Source: Candidatus Bathyarchaeia archaeon
Lineage (GTDB): Archaea; Thermoproteota; Bathyarchaeia; Bathyarchaeales; Bathycorpusculaceae
Length of the DNA: 64,000 nt
NCBI GenBank assembly: GCA_038883655.1
Contig: JAVZLQ010000005.1
Span: 10,854 to 74,853, forward strand
Direction of reading: 5' to 3'
The translations under genes and the position numbers were made by a program. Positions within the stretch are counted from its first letter, which is position 1. Every line of letters starts with the position of its first letter. The notes beneath the pieces were generated by a model. It saw only the letters and a list, made by a program, of their open reading frames with translations. It did no database searches and had not been told where the DNA came from. Positions 18,740 through 28,819 of this stretch are shown piece after piece.

Positions 18740-19438
18740 ATGAAGAGACAAGACATGACGACAATCGTAGAAACAGTTAACCTCAGAAAAATCTACATGC
18801 TTGGCAAGGTTCCAGTTGAAGCCCTACGCGGCGTAAACCTAAAAGTCGATGAGGGTGAATTCCTCGCTGTGCTGGGACCCTCTGGAAGCGGCAAGTCTAC
18901 GCTTTTGAACCTTATTGGCGCTTTAGACAAGCCGACAGACGGAAAAGTGTTTATTGAGGGAACAGACGTTTCGAAGCTCAATGATAATCAGCTTGCTGAC
19001 TTAAGGCGTAGAATAGGCTTCGTCTTCCAGTTTTTCAACTTGATTCCCAGGTTGACCGCGCGGCAAAATGTCGAGTTGTCAATGGCTATTGCTGGTTTAA
19101 GCAAAGAAGAACGCAGAAAACGTGCAGAGGAACTCCTAGGAATGGTTGGGTTAAAGGAGCGAATGAACCATAAGCCCACAGAGCTCAGCGGAGGCGAACA
19201 GCAGCGAGTAGCAATTGCAAGGGCTTTAGCCAACAACCCACGTTTTCTTCTTATGGACGAGCCGACTGGCAACATAGACTCCAAAAACGCCATGGAAATA
19301 ATCCAGCTTGTTAAGGAGTTAAACACGAGCAAAGACGTGACGGTCATTATGGTTACTCATGACCAGCGTTTGGCTAATGAAGCCAAGCGAACTGTGAAAA
19401 TGCTTGACGGCTTAATCGTCGAGGATGTGGTGAATTAG
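18740..19438 (+). CDS. ABC ATP-binding subunit (LolD/MacB type)
   Basis: GPSGSGKST, LSGGEQQR, DEPTGN. Confidence 0.92.
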   Translation: MKRQDMTTIVETVNLRKIYMLGKVPVEALRGVNLKVDEGEFLAVLGPSGSGKSTLLNLIGALDKPTDGKVFIEGTDVSKLNDNQLADLRRRIGFVFQFFNLIPRLTARQNVELSMAIAGLSKEERRKRAEELLGMVGLKERMNHKPTELSGGEQQRVAIARALANNPRFLLMDEPTGNIDSKNAMEIIQLVKELNTSKDVTVIMVTHDQRLANEAKRTVKMLDGLIVEDVVN

Positions 19439-19439
19439 A

Positions 19440-20702
19440 ATGAATGTTACTGATGTTTTATCCTACGCTTTTGGCGCCATAAAACTTCGCAAACTCCGCG
19501 CTGCACTGACAACGCTTGGAGTAATAATTGGCATAGCAGCCATAGTGGCGCTCCTATCCTTCAGCCAAGGCTTCCAAAACACTATAACAGCACAACTGCA
19601 AAAGGGCTTCGCGACAAACACCCTAATAGTTTCGCCAGGCGGCGGACTGGGCGGCGGAGCACAAACACCCCTACTAATTTCAGATGTGGAAAAAATTGAC
19701 ACAATAGAGAACGTGAACATGTCCGTGGCAATAATGCAAAAAACATGCTTCATAAACATAAGCGACAGAATCATAACAATAACCGTGATAGGCGTAGACT
19801 TTGAAAAATACAAGAGCATCTACGAAAGCACTTTCATCCCAGCAAAAGGAAACATTACAATTCCTCCACATAAAGATTCCATAGTCATTGGCACGAGGAT
19901 ACATGATCCATGGCAAAACGGCACAATACTCGTTGATGTTAGCTACGCCATCAACATCACTTGGACGAAAAGAAGTGACGGATTTTTCCAAAACAAAACC
20001 TACACTGGACAAGTAATCGCTGTTCTAAAGGAGATAGGAGGCTTCAGTATTGGCGGACCGTCAGACTTTGGCATATACATTCCAATCGCGCAAGCTCAAG
20101 AGTTCTTCGAGACAGATGAATGTAACGCCATTATCGTGCTGTTGAACAACGATGATAAAGCCACAATCAAAAGCGTTTCCGACGCGATAAAAGAGGCTTT
20201 CAGCAACCAAGTTTCAGTTACATCCGCAACAGCAGTTCTTGACATAATCTCAACAGTGTTCTCAAACGTCGAATTCTTTTTGGCTGGCATTGCTGGCATT
20301 TCACTTTTGGTTGCTGGAGTCGGCATAATGAACATCATGATCGTCTCTTTGATGGAGAGAACACGCGAAATAGGCATACTAAAGGCTTTAGGCATGAAAA
20401 ATCGCACAGTGTTAGCAATTTTCCTAAGCGAAGCAATAATAATAGGCTTGTTGGGCGCCGTCATAGGCATAGTTTCTGGTTGGGGCTTAGCAAACATCGT
20501 TGCGAGGTTGGGAATTTTCGGCGGAAGGTTCCAAGGCGCAAATCAAGTGGCAACAGCACAAATTTCAATTACGCCGGTCTTAACGGCGACTGTTCTAATT
20601 GGCGCACTTGCCTTCGGAGTAATTGTAAGCGTCGTTTTCGGTTTGTATCCTGCTTGGCGCGCTTCAAAACTTAAGCCGGTTGACGCCTTAAGGTATGAGT
20701 AG
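19440..20702 (+). CDS. MacB/FtsX-type ABC permease
   Basis: ERTREIGILKALG, YPAWRASKLKPVDALRYE. Confidence 0.92.
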   Translation: MNVTDVLSYAFGAIKLRKLRAALTTLGVIIGIAAIVALLSFSQGFQNTITAQLQKGFATNTLIVSPGGGLGGGAQTPLLISDVEKIDTIENVNMSVAIMQKTCFINISDRIITITVIGVDFEKYKSIYESTFIPAKGNITIPPHKDSIVIGTRIHDPWQNGTILVDVSYAINITWTKRSDGFFQNKTYTGQVIAVLKEIGGFSIGGPSDFGIYIPIAQAQEFFETDECNAIIVLLNNDDKATIKSVSDAIKEAFSNQVSVTSATAVLDIISTVFSNVEFFLAGIAGISLLVAGVGIMNIMIVSLMERTREIGILKALGMKNRTVLAIFLSEAIIIGLLGAVIGIVSGWGLANIVARLGIFGGRFQGANQVATAQISITPVLTATVLIGALAFGVIVSVVFGLYPAWRASKLKPVDALRYE

Positions 20703-20776
20703 CAAATTATATAACATTGCAGCAGAATTTTAGCAGAGAGGCAACGGAAAAATTGATTGGTAATTTGAAGAGAAGC

Positions 20777-22168
20777 ATGGGTTTTCCAATGGGCGACGCA
20801 ACCCGCCTAAAAACTAGACCAACAGCCACCCTGATTATAATTGCGCTTAACGTCGCAATGTATGCCATAACATCCTACACAAACTACTTTCTTGAGATAA
20901 GCGACTACTGGGTAAGCGCCGGCGGCTTCGTCCCATCCTTAATCGTTAATCCATCCCAACTGTACAGAATTTTCGCTTCAATGTTTCTCCACGCGGACGT
21001 CTTCCACATACTCTTCAACATGTACTTCCTATACTTGTTCGGAAGAGCCGTCGAAAACGCGCTTGGCAGATTAAGATATTTGACGCTATACCTTATTTCT
21101 GGAATCGCGGCATCCATATTCCACACAGCCTTCAGCTTTTTAGGAGGATTCACAGCCTATGTGATTCCAGCAATAGGCGCTTCTGGAGCCATAAGCGGGA
21201 TACTAGGCGCATACTTAATGCTTTTCCCCGGCACGTCGCTTGTTATGGGCTGGTTTTTCTTTATGTTCCCTGTATTCTTTAGGATGAAGGCAGCCTACTA
21301 CCTAATCTTCTGGTTTGCAACCCAGCTGATTTACGGTTATGCCAGACTCGCTGGAAGCACGGCGGTATTCGCTCATGCTGGCGGATTCATCGCTGGCATC
21401 GCTATGCTCGCAGTAGTCGCCAACAAGGAGCGAATGAGCCAATTTAGAATTGTGCAGCAAGTTGCGTTATATCCTTACTTAACTTTTATGCCGCCAAAGC
21501 ATAGGGGATTAAGCTACATCTCAAAGTTAATAATAACAGCGCTCTTGGCGCTATTGCTTGTCGGAGCTTCTTATGCTTCAACTGGAATGCCTAATCAAGG
21601 CAAAATAAAAGCAGCAACAATCCAATACGTTTGCGAGGGAACACCATATATGGATTATCTTGGCGTTCAATTGCCAGACATCCAATCCCAAATCAGCAGC
21701 ATATCACTAGACACGACGAGGATACTTATAAATAGGTTGTATGCTGCCAATCTGCTTTATGATGAATCTAAAGCCAATGGACAAGTGAATATAAGTGATT
21801 GGAGTGGAATATTGCGAATGATTGTTTATGGAAAACGCGTGAATGTAAATTTAACAATTTACTATTTTAGAGGGCGCTATGATAATGAAGGCTTCTTGAA
21901 CTATTGTGAAGGGGAATTAACAACACAGGTTGTCCACATCAATTCAACAATTTATGGATATGTCATAGAGGTTGACGGCTTCATAAGCTACACTTTTGGA
22001 TTTAGTTCGCAAACAGTGAACCTTACAGACGTTATGCAGTTCACGGCTTTGCCGTCGTTATTCGCAACTGCTGCGGCGCTCGTTGTAGTAGTCAAAAAGG
22101 ACAAAGATTTGGTATTAATTGCAGAAGAACGTGAAACTTTTTGGCAACGTTTTGAGCCAACAATATAA
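20777..22168 (+). CDS. Rhomboid intramembrane serine protease with large C-terminal extension
   Basis: HILFNM, GASGA (catalytic Ser), AHAGG (catalytic His). Confidence 0.88.
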   Translation: MGFPMGDATRLKTRPTATLIIIALNVAMYAITSYTNYFLEISDYWVSAGGFVPSLIVNPSQLYRIFASMFLHADVFHILFNMYFLYLFGRAVENALGRLRYLTLYLISGIAASIFHTAFSFLGGFTAYVIPAIGASGAISGILGAYLMLFPGTSLVMGWFFFMFPVFFRMKAAYYLIFWFATQLIYGYARLAGSTAVFAHAGGFIAGIAMLAVVANKERMSQFRIVQQVALYPYLTFMPPKHRGLSYISKLIITALLALLLVGASYASTGMPNQGKIKAATIQYVCEGTPYMDYLGVQLPDIQSQISSISLDTTRILINRLYAANLLYDESKANGQVNISDWSGILRMIVYGKRVNVNLTIYYFRGRYDNEGFLNYCEGELTTQVVHINSTIYGYVIEVDGFISYTFGFSSQTVNLTDVMQFTALPSLFATAAALVVVVKKDKDLVLIAEERETFWQRFEPTI

Positions 22169-22186
22169 GTAAGAAAATAAGGTTAT

Positions 22187-22663
22187 GTGATATACGCCTT
22201 AGTGGTGTTTGGTTTGGTTAAGAGGCTTTACCCGAAACAGCCAGTTGTAGGCGTCGGCGCGGTAATAATCCAAAACGGAAAGATTTTGCTTGAAAAGCGA
22301 AAAAGCGAGCCGGGACGCGGCAAATGGAGTATTCCAGGCGGTTTGGTTGAGCTTGGCGAAAGCGTCAGCCAAACTGTTGTGAGAGAAGTAGCTGAGGAAA
22401 CGGGGTTGGAGGTCTACGAGCCGGAGCTCATAGACATTGTTGACAACGTTGTTCGCGACGAGAACGGCGAGGTAAAATACCACTTTGTCATAATAGACTT
22501 TTTCGTCAAACTTAAAGGGGGAGAACTAAAAGCTCAAAGCGACGCAGAAGAACTGCGCTGGGTTCCGCTTAGCGAAGTGGAAAAATATGATTTAACAAAA
22601 ACTTTTAGGGCTTTTTTCCAGCGGAACAAGCAGAAGCTTGAAAAGTTTAATTCAAATCTTTAA
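22187..22663 (+). CDS. NUDIX hydrolase (ADP-ribose pyrophosphatase-like)
   Basis: GGLVELGESVSQTVVREVAEETGL Nudix box. Confidence 0.9.
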   Translation: MIYALVVFGLVKRLYPKQPVVGVGAVIIQNGKILLEKRKSEPGRGKWSIPGGLVELGESVSQTVVREVAEETGLEVYEPELIDIVDNVVRDENGEVKYHFVIIDFFVKLKGGELKAQSDAEELRWVPLSEVEKYDLTKTFRAFFQRNKQKLEKFNSNL

Positions 22664-24110
22664 AGAAAAGCCTAGTTTCTCCCATTGTTTTTACATCTAA
22701 GGCTCGGACTTTCACGACTATTGGGAAATCTTTAACAACTTTGCCAAGCACAAGACAATGATGTGGTGGTAAGTCGCGGGCTATGGATTTTACTGTTTCC
22801 GCGTCTACGCGTGCTGCGCGTGAAACCACTTCTAGGTCATGTTCGTTTGTGAAGTTGAATAGGAATATGTTGTCCGCTTGGCGGTAAATGTTCTCGCGTA
22901 TGGTGTCCGGCTGGTTAGTGATGAATGTGGTGAATATGCCAAAGTGGCGCATCCGCGTTACAATGTCATCCCAGTAGGTCTCGCGCAAATACAAGTGCGC
23001 TTCTTCAGCGAACAAGAAGACAGCTTTAAGCTTCCAGCTTGTTAACAGTTCGACGAGTTTTCCTAGAAGGTATTCGACGACTATTTGCCTATCAATCGGC
23101 GAGGTGTTCCGAAGGTTTATTATTATGGCGCCGCCCTGCTCCTTCGCCCTAAACAAACATTCTTCTAGAAGTGTCGCTTCCGCCACGTTATCCGTGAAGA
23201 AGCCAGAATTAACAAGCGCGTAGTACCGCGAAAAGAGCGCATCGCGAACATGCTGGTTGCAGTGCCAGTTTCGTATGGCTTCACCCAAATCATGAAGTGT
23301 CAACATGTTCCGTTCTTTAAGCGACTGCCAAATTCGCCTAAACTCGCGTGCGGAGGTCCCTGGCAAATGCAGTGCGTGTATTAGGATTTCCAATAGCACG
23401 TGTAGGTTTAGCTGTTTTAGGGCTACTTTGAAGTTTTGGGCTGGCGTCAAAATGTGGATTTTGTCGTAGAGCACGTTTTTCTTTCCGTCCGCGGTCATTC
23501 CCAGGCTTAGATATTCACCGTTCAAGTCGAAAACGACTACTGTCGCCTTATAGCCCACAAGGCTTGAAATTAGAAGTTTTGAAAGGTGCGATTTCCCAGT
23601 TTCCTTCTTCCCAGTAATAATGTTAAGCCTTCCATCCAACGAAGAAGCGTCTATCGTTAAAAGCGAGGCATCCTTTGTGCCGCCCAAAACTATTGGGAGT
23701 TCACCATTTATTCTCGCAAGCTTAAGCAATTTTGGTATTGAAAGCTTCTTTATAGTTGATTGCGAGCGGGATGGAAGCCAAGCGCTTGTTGGGCTTAAGT
23801 TTTCGCCGTTTTCTATTGTTGCGCGTATCTTGCATATCAGCAGACTTGCGTCTTGGATGTAGGTGATGTGCGGTGCGATTTCAAGCGGGTCAAAGTCTTC
23901 GCCCTGCATTATTTCGCCTCCATCTGGAAGGCTCCTAAGCAGTTCTTCCAAAACGCCTGGTATACTAGCGAATTGCACGTCTATTACTTGGGCGATTAGG
24001 GCCTTTCCTGCATCCGCATCTTCTATTAGGAGGTAGTCGCTCTTCTCTGCGGTTTCGTTTGGGAAGCTTAGGATTTGGACGATGTTTCCTTCTTTCTTGT
24101 AGAGTTTCAT
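22647..24110 (-). CDS. HerA-like ATPase
   Basis: HAS-barrel-like N-terminus, GKKETGKS, AEEAH, RMRHFG...TNQP. Confidence 0.82.
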   Translation of the reverse strand: MKLYKKEGNIVQILSFPNETAEKSDYLLIEDADAGKALIAQVIDVQFASIPGVLEELLRSLPDGGEIMQGEDFDPLEIAPHITYIQDASLLICKIRATIENGENLSPTSAWLPSRSQSTIKKLSIPKLLKLARINGELPIVLGGTKDASLLTIDASSLDGRLNIITGKKETGKSHLSKLLISSLVGYKATVVVFDLNGEYLSLGMTADGKKNVLYDKIHILTPAQNFKVALKQLNLHVLLEILIHALHLPGTSAREFRRIWQSLKERNMLTLHDLGEAIRNWHCNQHVRDALFSRYYALVNSGFFTDNVAEATLLEECLFRAKEQGGAIIINLRNTSPIDRQIVVEYLLGKLVELLTSWKLKAVFLFAEEAHLYLRETYWDDIVTRMRHFGIFTTFITNQPDTIRENIYRQADNIFLFNFTNEHDLEVVSRAARVDAETVKSIARDLPPHHCLVLGKVVKDFPIVVKVRALDVKTMGETRLFFKDLN

Positions 24111-25198
24111 GTGTTTGCCTCTCCTTTTCCGAATGGCCCGAAAAGTAGTTTGTGCATGTCTGGTCTGTTGATTATTTTTAGTCCGTAGCGCCTTGTTATG
24201 AAGTGTTGCATGGCTATTACCTCGTTTGCAGTGAACGTGCAGAGTATGTGCGCCAAGCGTAGGGTTTCTGGATAGCCTTGCACTAGCAGGTCGTTTCCAA
24301 CAAGCTTTTCAACAGCTTCCACTTTTTCTTGGCTTGGCAGTTCACGGTCAATGTCCAACCTGAAGGCGCAGTTTCCATTTGAAAGCCTAGCCACGTAGAT
24401 GTTGCCGAACGAGATTAGCGGCGGTTTTGCTCTTAACCCAGAAAGTTCAAGTAGGAACGGTGGGGCAAAGTTGGGCAGAGCTTCTGTTATTAGGTTTCCG
24501 TTAAGCCTCATCGTGGTCATTTTTGAAAATGCCAATACAGCGTTTCCAGTTTTCCTTGCGTTTTCCAAGATTTCTCGCATGACATTTGCGGGGGTGTCTG
24601 GTGTGCCAGCCGTTAGCGAACCGTCTAGTAAGATTAGGCTGTTGGTCATTGTTTTTGCTGTGGCGAGTTGCAGCCATCTTTCGAGCAGAGTTGCTAAGCG
24701 TGTTGGCATCTGCGTCATGTTTGGCGTGTACTGGTGGTTTTGTATGCTTTGTTGTCCGAGGTATGCCCTTTGCAGTGCGTTGTAAACTTCTGTTTTGTTT
24801 TCTTCTGTTATGTGGAATATGAATGGCCCTAGGCGGATGTACCTATAGCGTTTGTTTTGTTTCCAGATTGTGGCGCCTCTTATGGCGATTAGGATGCCTG
24901 TTTTTGTTTCGCCGATTTTTATGCTTGAAGTGTCTATTGCCGCAACAAGTGTTTCTTGGGTTTTTGGTTTTATTTGTATGATTGTTGGTTTCAAGTTTAG
25001 GCTTGGCACCTGTAGTTGAGCGTCTATTTTGCCGTTTTGCGCTACTGCTTGTGGGGTTAGTTGGATTTGTTGGTTTTGGATGTGCCTCAGCGAGTGTATG
25101 CTTAGTTCTAGTAGTCTTTGCGGCAGCGCTGTTTCGATGGGTTTTTGTGGAAAATTATATTTTGGTGTTGTTGTTATAGTGTATTGTTCAATCACCAA
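24107..25198 (-). CDS. NurA-like nuclease
   Basis: AAIDTS, LLDGSL, AFSK, GYPETLRLAH motifs. Confidence 0.82.
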   Translation of the reverse strand: MVIEQYTITTTPKYNFPQKPIETALPQRLLELSIHSLRHIQNQQIQLTPQAVAQNGKIDAQLQVPSLNLKPTIIQIKPKTQETLVAAIDTSSIKIGETKTGILIAIRGATIWKQNKRYRYIRLGPFIFHITEENKTEVYNALQRAYLGQQSIQNHQYTPNMTQMPTRLATLLERWLQLATAKTMTNSLILLDGSLTAGTPDTPANVMREILENARKTGNAVLAFSKMTTMRLNGNLITEALPNFAPPFLLELSGLRAKPPLISFGNIYVARLSNGNCAFRLDIDRELPSQEKVEAVEKLVGNDLLVQGYPETLRLAHILCTFTANEVIAMQHFITRRYGLKIINRPDMHKLLFGPFGKGEANT

Positions 25199-25288
25199 GA
25201 TTCACCAATAGCCAATTGTCTGCGGAAGGAATATTTAAATGTTGTGCATGAACAAGATGCACAATTCAATATTCAACAAGGTGAAAAA

Positions 25289-25687
25289 TTGACAGAACCG
25301 CATCAAAAACCACCAATCCGAGTAAAAATGCGAATAGGCGAAATAGAATTCGAAATAGAATGCCAAGAAGACCAACTGCAAACGGCAGTAGAACGCATAC
25401 TCTCAACAGTAACCCAAAAACTAAAAGAAACACCACTAATAACGGAACGCGCAACAGCGCCGCCGCGCGCAGAAACATGCAAAAGCCTAATACAAAAACT
25501 ATGGGAAGAAGGCTTGTTCGCAACGCCTAAAAGCCTAAGCGAGGTCCATAATGAAATGGCAAAACGCGGGTTCCACTATGACAGAACGGCAGTAGCCCAC
25601 GCCCTAATAGACCTAGTAAAAGAAGGAATCCTAACACGTGAAGGAAAACCAAGAAGGTATCAATATGCCCAAAAAAGACCGCCATAA
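25289..25687 (+). CDS. Hypothetical DNA-binding protein (N-terminal hairpin/helix + C-terminal wHTH)
   Basis: GGTGA RBS then TTG; C-terminal LVKEGILTREGKPRRYQY wing. Confidence 0.7.
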   Translation: MTEPHQKPPIRVKMRIGEIEFEIECQEDQLQTAVERILSTVTQKLKETPLITERATAPPRAETCKSLIQKLWEEGLFATPKSLSEVHNEMAKRGFHYDRTAVAHALIDLVKEGILTREGKPRRYQYAQKRPP

Positions 25688-26495
25688 ATCGCGTATCAAA
25701 GCTGTGACTTTTGACCTTTGGGAAACTTTACTCTTTGAAAGAGATGGCTACGATGCGAGAAGATCATCCGCTCGCTGTAGAAATCTTGTAAATGCTTTGA
25801 AAGGGCTTGGAGTTGAAGTTTCTGTTGAGAATATGGATTTTGCTTTGAAGAAAACGATTTCTTCACTTTTAAAAATTTGGGACACCAACAGAGACATCGC
25901 TCATTCGGAACAGATTCAGCTACTTATGAAACATTTGTTTAAAAATTCAGTCTCTGTAAAAGAGGAGTGGCTTGACTCGTTAAGTTCAGCTTATGTTTCT
26001 GCTCTTTTTGAGGTTCCTCCTTACCTGAACCCGGATGCACTTGAAGTTTTGCGGTGGTTAAAGAGCCAAAACAAATACGTTGGAATTATATGTAATACTG
26101 GGTTAACACCTGGGTTTGGATTAAGACGCTTTCTTGAAAAAGAAGGCGTTGCAAAGTATTTTGACGTTATGATTTTTTCTGAGGAGGTTGGCGTCCGCAA
26201 GCCTGACCCAAGAATATTTCATTTAGTTTCCGAGAAGTTAAAAGTGAAGCCATACGAGGTGGTTCATGTTGGCGATAATTTGAGGAGCGACGTTTGGGGT
26301 GCGAAAAACGCATGTTTTAAAGCAGTATACTTTCTGTGTGAAACAGGACGAGATAGAGTGGCGGAGTCTGACCCTACATCGCTTGTTTCGCTTTCGCGAA
26401 AGCTTGGTGGTTTAAGGAAAGATGAAATTGCTCCTGATGCAACTATTAGTTCGCTTACCATGCTTAAAAAAGTTGTCGAGAAATTAGCAGTGTAG
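25665..26495 (+). CDS. HAD-superfamily hydrolase
   Basis: FDLWETL, RKPDP, HVGDN...D. Confidence 0.88.
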   Translation: MPKKDRHKSRIKAVTFDLWETLLFERDGYDARRSSARCRNLVNALKGLGVEVSVENMDFALKKTISSLLKIWDTNRDIAHSEQIQLLMKHLFKNSVSVKEEWLDSLSSAYVSALFEVPPYLNPDALEVLRWLKSQNKYVGIICNTGLTPGFGLRRFLEKEGVAKYFDVMIFSEEVGVRKPDPRIFHLVSEKLKVKPYEVVHVGDNLRSDVWGAKNACFKAVYFLCETGRDRVAESDPTSLVSLSRKLGGLRKDEIAPDATISSLTMLKKVVEKLAV

Positions 26496-26522
26496 TTTGA
26501 TAAAGTTTAATGGTGTACACGT

Positions 26523-26720
26523 ATGAGTTGGAGTTCTTACATTCACGTTCGCAAAGTGCCTATAATTATATTTTCTCTTTTCCTCATATTCTTTGCAGTT
26601 TTATTAGCGGTTTTTAGAACCAACAATTGGGCATTAATTATAGCTTTTGTCATGTTCTTGTTAGGTGTCGCCGTGTTGTGGTATGACATTAAACTTTTCA
26701 TGGATAATCTAATCAATTAA
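26523..26720 (+). CDS. Small 2-TM membrane protein
   Basis: 65-aa ORF with two hydrophobic helices. Confidence 0.55.
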   Translation: MSWSSYIHVRKVPIIIFSLFLIFFAVLLAVFRTNNWALIIAFVMFLLGVAVLWYDIKLFMDNLIN

Positions 26721-26754
26721 ATTATGCGAGAAATCCTATAGGGGGCTACTCGTA

Positions 26755-27354
26755 TTGGTCGGGAACTGCGCCAAAAATACATTAAAATTTGTTATTGAGC
26801 ATTTGGAGCCGGAGATTGGCACATGGTTAAACATAGAATACATGCACGCTTCAGAAATTGTCAGCAAAAACCGTCTAATATTCACGAATGTTAAAGGCGA
26901 AGCTGACAAAAACAGGCTTTCAAGCCTTGGAACAGTGAAAGAACAAAGCTTTGCCGAGCTTTACAATCCGCTTGAAATCGTAATCCTGGATCCAAAGGCA
27001 AATTCAACGCTTACACCGGAAGACTTAGCAAACAAAAAGGCCGTGGTCATCGGCGGCATTTTGGGCGACCACCCACCACGGGGAAGAACAAAACTGCTGA
27101 TGACAAGTCGCTGTTCCGAAGCCGCGGCGCGTAACATCGGAAAGGATCAGTTTGCAATCGATGGAACAGTTTACGTAGCTAAACTTGTGAGTGAAGGGTT
27201 TAGGCTTGAGGAAATCCCGGTGAAGAAGGGATTAACCATAAAATTGAGCGGACACCATTCAATTTACTTGCCATACGCTTATCCACTAAAGGACGACAAA
27301 CCATTAATCCACAAGGCATTAATAGAATATTTACGTGCACATCCAGCAAACTAA
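26755..27354 (+). CDS. SPOUT-class methyltransferase (Sfm1/DUF431-like)
   Basis: IEHLE, ILDP, GGILGDHPPRGRT, LPYAYP. Confidence 0.82.
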   Translation: MVGNCAKNTLKFVIEHLEPEIGTWLNIEYMHASEIVSKNRLIFTNVKGEADKNRLSSLGTVKEQSFAELYNPLEIVILDPKANSTLTPEDLANKKAVVIGGILGDHPPRGRTKLLMTSRCSEAAARNIGKDQFAIDGTVYVAKLVSEGFRLEEIPVKKGLTIKLSGHHSIYLPYAYPLKDDKPLIHKALIEYLRAHPAN

Positions 27355-27370
27355 AGCTGAAATCAAGGCT

Positions 27371-27676
27371 TTATGATCTTCTTCTCCTCAAAACCCAAAC
27401 ACAAATTTCAAAGATGACAGCAGCAAACCACAAAACGAGAATGGAAGGAATGACAATAGCTGGCGCAACACAGAAAGCAAGGTACATAACTAAGCCGCTT
27501 GCTGGAATTGGCGTCGCCATAGCGAGAATGAAAAGCAGCTGGATAAGCGTCTGGTTGTGAATTATGCGTTTAGGCTTTGTTCTCACCCATGCTTCAGCTT
27601 CAGCTTTTGTTTCGTCCAAGCCTTCCACCCAGCGAAGCGCTTGATTTACATATCGCCTCTTACCGGAATCCCACAA
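27371..27676 (-). CDS. Hypothetical membrane protein
   Basis: C-terminal two TM helices; start uncertain. Confidence 0.45.
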   Translation of the reverse strand: MWDSGKRRYVNQALRWVEGLDETKAEAEAWVRTKPKRIIHNQTLIQLLFILAMATPIPASGLVMYLAFCVAPAIVIPSILVLWFAAVIFEICVWVLRRRRS

Positions 27677-27830
27677 CAGTTTAATATTAAGCTAACGGCG
27701 ACCAGTAGGAAACAAGTGCATGACAATAGCATCAAAACCAATCTGGTGTTTCTCATCAAATCTTTCGCCCAAAATCTACAGTTTGGAGCGATAAAATTAT
27801 TTAAGAATTATGAATTCAAAATATACATTC

Positions 27831-28352
27831 TCACTTCATTTTAGCAGTTAATCTAGCCCTAATTTTTGGCAAAACTTCCTTCTGCATGTGCACAACGCCA
27901 AAAGTTGTAAGCCTATACTTTTCATCAGCAGTCTTCACAACTATCTGACCCTTAACAAGCTCACCCAAACGTGTGCTCGTAATCTTCGAGCTTTTCCCAA
28001 GCCTTGCCTGCAACTCCTCCTTGGAGGCGGCATCACTGCCAACTAAACCAAGCTGAAAGCCAACATAATAGGCAAGAAGCCACAAAAGCAAAGTCTCGTT
28101 GTCCGTAAGCCTATCCTTCGAAACAAGCAGACTCGCACCTTCATTTGAAAAGGCAATTATTCCCTCACAGTCCTTTACAAGCAGCTGCAAATCGACGCTT
28201 AACGTAAGTCTTCTTGAAATTTCAAACGAAGGGATAAGCTCGCTGAAAAACCTGTTTATGCCAAGCCAAACTTCTTCCAAACTGCCAACAAACGTTTTCT
28301 CCAAATCCCCATACTTTACATGAACCGTTAACGTCTTGCTTTCTCCACTCAA
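27831..28352 (-). CDS. Hypothetical hairpin/helix + wHTH protein
   Basis: TRLGELVKGQIV...YRLTTFG wHTH wing. Confidence 0.7.
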   Translation of the reverse strand: MSGESKTLTVHVKYGDLEKTFVGSLEEVWLGINRFFSELIPSFEISRRLTLSVDLQLLVKDCEGIIAFSNEGASLLVSKDRLTDNETLLLWLLAYYVGFQLGLVGSDAASKEELQARLGKSSKITSTRLGELVKGQIVVKTADEKYRLTTFGVVHMQKEVLPKIRARLTAKMK

Positions 28353-28819
28353 CCCATCTTACCCCGAAGCCTAGCTAAAACCTCATCCTCAATCCATCTC
28401 TCACCTTGAACAGTAAGCTTAAATTCCGGCTTGTTCGGGTCTGGCTTATACACTTGACCGCGCTTAGTCATCTCGTTAAGCCTTGCTGGAACCATGCATT
28501 TGATTCCACTGGACTCCAAAAGCTTGGTTATCTGCGCTGCCGTGTTCCGCCTATCATCAGAAGCATACAGCACAAGTCCAATAGCCTCGTAATGGGTTAG
28601 GTTTTCACGAGCAACAATCACTGGACCCTCAGTTGTGTATTCGATGATGCCCTTCAACTGCGCCTTTGAAGGAACAATCTTGCTTACAACAAGCGTTGAA
28701 ATTTTATCCATAAAATTCTCTGGAATAGCCTCAAGCATCTCAATAATTTCCTGTGGAGTATCGCCTTCGATAACGATTTCGCCGAACTGCGTTTTTATAC
28801 GCGCTTCAATTCTCTTCAA
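28349..28819 (-). CDS. Hypothetical hairpin/helix + wHTH protein
   Basis: ARLNEMTKRG...FKLTVQG wHTH wing; 4-nt overlaps with both neighbours. Confidence 0.72.
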   Translation of the reverse strand: MKRIEARIKTQFGEIVIEGDTPQEIIEMLEAIPENFMDKISTLVVSKIVPSKAQLKGIIEYTTEGPVIVARENLTHYEAIGLVLYASDDRRNTAAQITKLLESSGIKCMVPARLNEMTKRGQVYKPDPNKPEFKLTVQGERWIEDEVLARLRGKMG

